Shown in pieces: positions 57,133 to 64,000 of a DNA stretch of 64,000 nt. The translations under genes were made by a program, and so were the position numbers. The notes beneath the pieces are model-generated. The model searched no databases. It saw nothing but the letters and a program-made list of their open reading frames with translations, and was not told the DNA's origin. Position 1 is the first letter of the stretch; each line of letters opens with the position of its first letter. This stretch comes from Eledone cirrhosa (lineage: Eukaryota): positions 23,746,001 to 23,810,000 of the forward strand of contig OZ024754.1 of NCBI GenBank assembly GCA_964016885.1, in the 5' to 3' direction.

Positions 57133-58664
57133 GTTGTTATACTTTGGGAGAGCTATGTTGCCAATAAGAAACACACGCACCAGTTGCTTTCACTTCAATT
57201 TATTATATATTTATAAATTTATAAATTTACAAATTTACAAACTTATAAATTTCTGGTTGGTTGGTTGGTTCCACAACCAGATAGTTGTTTATATATAGTC
57301 ATAGTCCTTTCGTCACACACTCTGTGACCTCTTCAGTGACTGGGATTCCTTTCTTTGTTTCTGTGCCTTTCCTTTCTTCTATCCTACGCCATTTTGTTTC
57401 TGTGTGTGTGTTGTGTGCTCAGTTTGCGCATGCGCCACATCCGGGTGTCTGTGTGTGTTTGTGTTCATTTATTTATTTATTTATTGTTGGTTGGTTGTTT
57501 GTTCTATGTGTGTGTGTGTTTTCATTTTGTCCTGTGTGTGTTTTCATTTTGTCCTTAATTGTAAGTTGTTTGTTCTATGTGTGTGTGTGTTTTCATTTTG
57601 TCCTGTGTGTGTTATCATTTTGTCCTTAATTGTAAGTTGTGATGTTGCTGTTCCACTCATATTTTCTATTTAATTTTGGTTGTAATTCTTTTATGCTTAT
57701 TGCCTCTGTAATTTGCCTAAACATTGCATCTTTCCTGTGTGTGGATTCTATTTTTATTTCTATGTTCTCTAATCTACCCCTGTGTTCTATCTTAGCATGT
57801 TGGTAGAGCACAGATGATTCTTTATTATCTTGGAGGTCTCGCCAGTGTTCATTTATTCGTTCCCCTATACTACGAGCTGTCTCACCTATGTACACTATAT
57901 TTTTGTTTCTACATTGTCCTTCAGTACATCTTATGCTATACACTACATTTCTAGTTTTACAGTTAATATGGGGGCTTATTTTACAGGTTATACATTTCTT
58001 ATCTATACATGAGGGTCTTTGGAACGTAAAAACCCTTATTAGCAAGACATACCCGTTCCAAAGACCCTCATGTATAAGAAATGTATAACCTGTAAAATAA
58101 GCCCCCATATTAACTGTAAAACTAGAAATGTAGTGTATAGCATAAGATGTACTGAAGGACAATGTAGAAACAAAAATATAGTGTACATAGGTGAGACAGC
58201 TCGTAGTATAGGGGAACGAATAAATGAACACTGGCGAGACCTCCAAGATAATAAAGAATCATCTGTGCTCTACCAACATGCTAAGATAGAACACAGGGGT
58301 AGATTAGAGAACATAGAAATAAAAATAGAATCCACACACAGGAAAGATGCAATGTTTAGGCAAATTACAGAGGCAGTAAGCATAAAAGAATTACAACCAA
58401 AATTAAATAGAAAATATGAGTGGAACAGCAACATCACAACTTACAATTAAGGACAAAATGATAACACACACAGGACAAAATGAAAACACACACACACATA
58501 GAACAAACAACCAACCAACAATAAATAAATAAATAAATGAACACAAACACACACAGACACCCGGATGTGGTGCATGCGCAAACTGAGCACACAACACACA
58601 CACAGAAACAAAATGGCGTAGGATAGAAGAAAGGAAAGGCACAGAAACAAAGAAAGGAATCCCC

Positions 58665-58709
58665 AGTCACTGAAGAGGTCACAGAGTGTGTGACGAAAGG
58701 ACTATGACT
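58665..58709 (+). ncRNA. Type I hammerhead (mirror copy 57297-57341, minus)
   Basis: AGTCA-CTGAAGA-G-GTCACA-GAGTG-TGTGAC-GAAA-GGAC-TA-TGACT. Confidence 0.7.
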
Positions 58710-58796
58710 ATATATAAACAACTATCTGGTTGTGGAACCAACCAACCAACCAGAAATTTATAAGTTTGTAAATTTGTAAATTTATAAATTTATAAA

Positions 58797-59724
58797 TCTA
58801 TATATATAAAACTGTGGTTGTCTGTCTGTCTATCGATTTTTGGCACACATCTCCTCTTAGAATCTCTCACGGAATTGCACCGAAATTGCTATACTTGTAC
58901 ATTGAGTCCTAGCGAAGACATCGGGAAAAAAATATTTCAAATTGACCCACCCTATGTGACGAAATCGAATATAATGTATCGATTTTTGAGCGTAAGTTAT
59001 CAGTTATTTCCCTTTGTTCTGTTTACATTGAGCGTCTTACGTAAAAAATTACGCTGGCTTTCTCAGCGTTTAAAATGACATTAACACAATACACGAAGCT
59101 TCCGTTTTGCTTCATTTCCATTTAAAAGCATTTTAAAACAATATTTTTACTTGAAAACAAGTCTATTTAAAGACTACGTAAAACAAGTAAATATTTCGTC
59201 GTTAGGCGTGCAGACAGACAGTCGTGCAGACAGATAGTCGTGCAGAGAGGTGATATACGCGTGCAGACAGATAGTCGTGCAGAGAGGTGATATAGGCGTG
59301 CAGACAGACAGTCGTGCAGAGGTGATATAGGCGTGCAGACAGACAGTCGTGCAGAGAGGTGATATAGGCGTGCAGACAGACAGTCGTGCAGAGAGGTGAT
59401 ATAGGCGTGCAGACAGACATAACTGATAATTTGGTTACGCTAATGTTTTTCTCTGCGTTGCAGTGTTTACATTTTCGATCTTTGTTAATAAATAACCAGT
59501 GCAGTTTCTATCCCCAGCATCCTCTTTTGTTATAACATTCGGGTTATCGTTATGTTTTCTTAACTTCATAAGGCATATTGTTGGTTGAGGGAATATTAAT
59601 CAAAAACACCACATGCAAGTCTGCACAGTAGACACTACAGTTTTTAAGCCAAGAAAGAAACTTAACATTGTAACTTTAACACAGCTACTGAGCGACCCCG
59701 AGCAACGCCGGGCTTTACTGCTAG
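58797..59724 (+). mobile_element. Non-autonomous Helitron
   Basis: 5' TC, 3' hairpin then CTAG, inserted precisely at A|T with no target duplication (empty site in the left arm of the palindrome); ~37 bp minisatellite at 59203-59420. Confidence 0.9.
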
Positions 59725-59888
59725 TATATAATAAATTGAAGTGAAAGCAACTGGTGCGTGTGTTTCTTATTGGCAACATGACCCTCCCAAAGTATAACAA
59801 TATCGGTTTCAACACACGATTTCAGATAAAGAATCTTGCTAAACAAATTCAGAAACGAAATATATATATATGTATATATATATATATG

Positions 59889-59920
<32 letters not shown>

Positions 59921-60009
59921 TATATACGTATATATATGTATGTTTCTCGCTTCCTCATATTTTCACTCACTCCTCCGCTAGCTCACTTCCTCCCTCGTCC
60001 GCCACTGTC

Positions 60010-60838
60010 CCTTCTCTTGCTCACACTTCTACAGTGAATGCGTGTCTTTTTTTCTCATCAAACCCGCCAGAACTTATGTTCGAAATCAATTGTTCACTTG
60101 ATTTTTTTTCCTTTCTTTTTGTTGCTTCAGGCTTCGTTTCTGTTTACATTTTTCTTCTCTCTCCCCTCTTTTTTATCCCAATAACTTATTTTAGTTTTTG
60201 TTCGCCCTAGGTTGAGGTATCTTGTCTCTAACGCGAAGAAATGCCTATGATTCCTAGCAGACAACTGGCGATGGATATTGCCCTCTTTTGCCTGTAACTT
60301 TTATTTTGATTATATTTAAATGCAACCACACAGCTTGCCATTTTATTCACATAGTTTTCTTCTCCGCTGTGACCCGTCTCTCTTCTATCCCCTTGTTGCT
60401 ATGCTCTCTCTCTCCCTTCTCTTTCCTTCTCCCTCTTCTGCTAGTCACCTTCTCTCGGCTAGCCTGCCACTTCTAAAGCAGTCTATTCTCTCACTCACAC
60501 TGCTACAGTGAAGACGTGTTTTTTTTTCTCGTCAAACCCACCAGAACTTATGTTCGAAATGAGTTGTTGACTTGATTTTTCCTCTTTTCGTTTCTTCACC
60601 CTTCGTGTATGTATCCATTTTTCTCTCTCTCTCTCCCCTTATTTATCCCAATAACTTATTTTAGTTATTGTTCGCCCTAGGTTGAGGTATGTTGTCTCTA
60701 ACGCGAAGAAATGCCTATGATTCCTAGCAGACAACTGACGATGGATATTGCCCTCTTTTTCCCATAACTTCTCTTTTCATTATACTTAATTGCAACCACA
60801 CAGCTTGCCATTTTATTCACATAGTTTCCTTCTCCGCT
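60010..60838. repeat. ~475 bp tandem duplication
   Basis: ~60010-60368 repeated at ~60485-60838. Confidence 0.75.
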
Positions 60839-60849
60839 GAATTTTGTCC

Positions 60850-61115
60850 TCTTTTCTACTCATCAACACTTTTGTCTTAGCTATGTTCACTCTCAGTACT
60901 CTTAATTTCAACTCTGTTTTCATAGCCAGAATTTATTCCCGAGCTCCTCTACTGATTTTATCATCAGCATAGAGAAGTTTCTACAGACAGGATGTATTCC
61001 TACTTGTATCTGGAATTCCTCACTAAACTCCATTCCTACCCTCACTTTACTGACAGCACCTCTGTACAAAGCTTGCACTGTCCTCACAAGCCATTCATCA
61101 ACACCTACACCGAAA
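60850..61115 (-). mobile_element. RTE LINE internal fragment
   Basis: GVDEWLVRTVQALYRGAVSKVRVG...SVEELGNKFWL, related to 18110-18430. Confidence 0.75.
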
Positions 61116-61269
61116 AACAACCCAAACCAAACCGTGTGTTCTGTTATTATTTCTTGCAATATTTATATGACCCTCTCCTGGTATAACTATATATATATCG
61201 TCATACAAATATGTATCGCAGCATTATCAATAAAGGACTTTCACATCTGAAAGTATTTCGCATTTCATC

Positions 61270-61298
<29 letters not shown>

Positions 61299-61303
<5 letters not shown>

Positions 61304-61501
61304 AACGAGTAGGACCCCGATGGCTGAGCTCAAGCCGTTTCGACGGCTAATTCTGGACTCAGTCCAGAATTAGCCGTCGAAACGGCTTGAGCTCAGCCGT
61401 CGGGGTCCTACTCGTTCCTATTACCCACTCTACTACCCTAAGTATTGAGGACTTTGGTGCGTTATGGTCCACCTGGTTCCTTACCACATTTCCTTCGTTA
61501 T
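61299..61501. mobile_element. ~200 bp hairpin element, second copy
   Basis: Inverted copy of 30598-30797. Confidence 0.7.
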
Positions 61502-61579
61502 ATATATATATATATATATATATATTAGTACAGCATTAACGAAGCTTTATAACACGGCCAAGCTAATGAATTCAGAATC

Positions 61580-61738
<159 letters not shown>

Positions 61739-61763
61739 CGAGAGAGACATATATTTATATATA

Positions 61764-64000
61764 CTAGCAGAAGAACTGCCCTTTGAGCGGTTTTATGCTA
61801 GCATATATAGACTTCTTAAGTTTTTGTAGTGTCCCTTTTCTATCATTTAAAAAGAAACTGAAATGCATTTCAACTAAAAGAGAGTGATAGCTGTTTCACA
61901 TCACTGTAGAATTTCTTTGTAGACACAGTTGCCAGCAAACAGACACCTTTCATTTAATATTTTAATATTTTCTTTTTTTGTAGCTCGTGATAATGCAACA
62001 TACGTGAGAAGAATTGTGTTGGTAGATAGATGTCTGCCCTTGATGGTTGTTTCAAAAATTTGTGGTCTAGCACCATGACGTACAACTGGAAGAATTTGGT
62101 TTTAGTCACCAGATACCACTAAATGGTTCGAACATCTTTGAAGCTCCGGTAATCCATTAGGATGTTTATGACCTGTACCTGCACTTGCATTCAAGCAGAA
62201 AATTCTGCCTTCATTTTCATTTACAGAGGTAATTACTTTGTGAAAAATAACCAGTTGCTGAGGATTCAATGTTGGCAGAAGTTCATTTATTTGTTTGCTT
62301 GCAGTTGATGTTGGATCTTCTGTAGGACAATCTGCACGGTTTGCATGGACATGAATTGCTCATGACGTTCATGCATGATATCCTCTGCAAGACAATTCTT
62401 CCATTTCTCCCAGAACTGCAGAGGGTCATTTGGCATGCAGTACAATAAAATGGTGCAGAAGATCTGTGGCAGCTGAGGACCAAGAGTAATAGATGAGGCG
62501 TCTTCCACAGCTTTATCTTTTTCTCCATCTTCATCCAACAGACTAAGTTAATCTTTATATGAAGTTTACCCAGCCTTGTGATGTAGGATCATTCTGAGGT
62601 AATATAATTCAGATTGATGTCTACTGAGAATGCGTCCAAGAGATTCACTCATAAATTGTTGATCACCATCCAGATGTCCCTCATTTTACTTTGCCACTTT
62701 TTGTTTGTCCAAGTGAAATATTTAGGAATATCAATATACAATGTCTTGTTCCAACGGCTCTCTAATATTCAGTTGAAAATATTCCGTGAACTTAGTCATT
62801 TGCTGTCCCCTAGAAACAACTCTTTCTTCCTGCCCTCGCTCAAACACGACCATTTCTTCCCCAGGTAAATGGCAAGGCAACTTTCCAGAATGCTTCACTT
62901 GCTGAGATGTACCGTGCATTGATATAGGTCTCAATTTCATTTTGAGATTGGACACAATTTACTCGATCATCCTTAATAGTGAAAGTGATTTTGTCTGATC
63001 CTTTTGTGATGTACTTTAAGTACTTAACAGCCTTGACACTGTAGACAACCTCACAATTGACCATGCTGTCTACCCCTTCTTCTATACTTTGAAAAGGAAC
63101 TTTCGGCAACAAATGCGATTTGTGTGAATGCCTTGGGATAACTTTTCGAGCATTGGCATTGTTGTCTTAGCCCTTCCATACATGAGCACATCATATTAGC
63201 TTGTCCACATGGGCCATGAATGTTGCAAGATGGGGATGATCTTCTGTAGAATTGGAATCTCACAGTACACTACCTGATCAATGGCATCAGCAGTTTTATG
63301 CTTACTATCTTCAGCCATTATCAGCAGAATATGAGCATGAGTGGGGCCTCGTTTCTGCCACTCTATTGTAGCAGAACGAGCAACAACTTTTCCTAGGACA
63401 TTTTCTTTTTAGTATGTCACCCATGAGGCTGTCATACTTGATCTGGAAGACTCTTGCACAAATATCAGGACGGTCTCTAGGTTCTTGACCAGGGTGCAAA
63501 CTATTTTTTATTTCATCCCAGTTAGAGTTAGTTGTTACCGTGATGAAATAAGACGGCTTTCCCATGTGTCGAACCACGTCATCGAATTCTGAAAGCACTC
63601 ACTGTAGAAGCGAGGGGAACCATAGATTGAAGGCGGAAGAACAATTCTCCGGCCTTCATTTACTGAATCTCCTTTAGCCACAGCATCATAGAAACCCTCA
63701 TACTTTTCAGCTCACATCACGGTTCGATTGTTGCAGGCCCATTTGAGGCGACAACGTTGTATTTTTCCATGGGCATCTACAGCATATTGCTGCATCAGCC
63801 AGCTGCTCTTCACGACAACGTTACAGTCACCTTGCCTAACCTGAAACCGATAACCAGTGGGTGTGAGGGTGTGGTTGTTGTAAATATTTTTCAAACCAAC
63901 CCGAAACCCATCATTCCCACAAGGAAACAGTAGCACAGGACAATATTCACATTTTCAGAGACTGGCATTCCAATGACTGCCTTGAAGCTTCTTATATGAT
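61764..64000 (-). mobile_element. Degenerate autonomous Helitron (Rep/helicase remnant), continues past window end
   Basis: GKPSYFITVTTN..W.EI, DRPDICARVF, EWQKRG..HAHIL, IHGPCG, KYLKYITKGSD, ARYISASEAFW, LPVVRHG, YVALSR; 3' hairpin then CTAG at 61764. Confidence 0.88.

Larger units (their letters stand above)
57133..59801. mobile_element. Palindromic Penelope 3' fragment pair (GIY-YIG plus terminal repeat)
   Basis: 57133-58026 is the reverse complement of 58054-58796 plus 59725-59801; CKTRNVVYSIRC...YIGETARSIGERINEH on both strands. Confidence 0.88.

Overview
Eukaryotic, repeat-saturated DNA that looks cephalopod (Octopus-like). That assignment is inferred from Nin-domain tRNA-SINEs, clustered C2H2 zinc-finger arrays and very long (TA)n-type microsatellites. 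Contents: a decayed full-length Gypsy LTR retrotransposon (371-6248); a locally duplicated and inverted C2H2 zinc-finger locus (one ~10-finger copy, two internally deleted copies); an intronless, disabled MAK16 retrocopy; RTE and CR1 LINEs; several Helitrons; eight copies of one RTE-derived non-autonomous element sitting in TA arrays; and many Penelope-like (PLE) fragments, often as fold-back or short direct-repeat units. Most ORFs in the supplied track (poly-YI/HI/CV) are microsatellite artefacts. The most interesting signal is a set of 12 hand-folded hammerhead-ribozyme motifs from about 8 sequence families. Nearly all have a palindromic or near-palindromic 4-8 nt stem III, several have very long stem II arms, and four share a non-canonical CCGANGA core. 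All structures and alignments were done by eye; no searches were run, and element boundaries are approximate.
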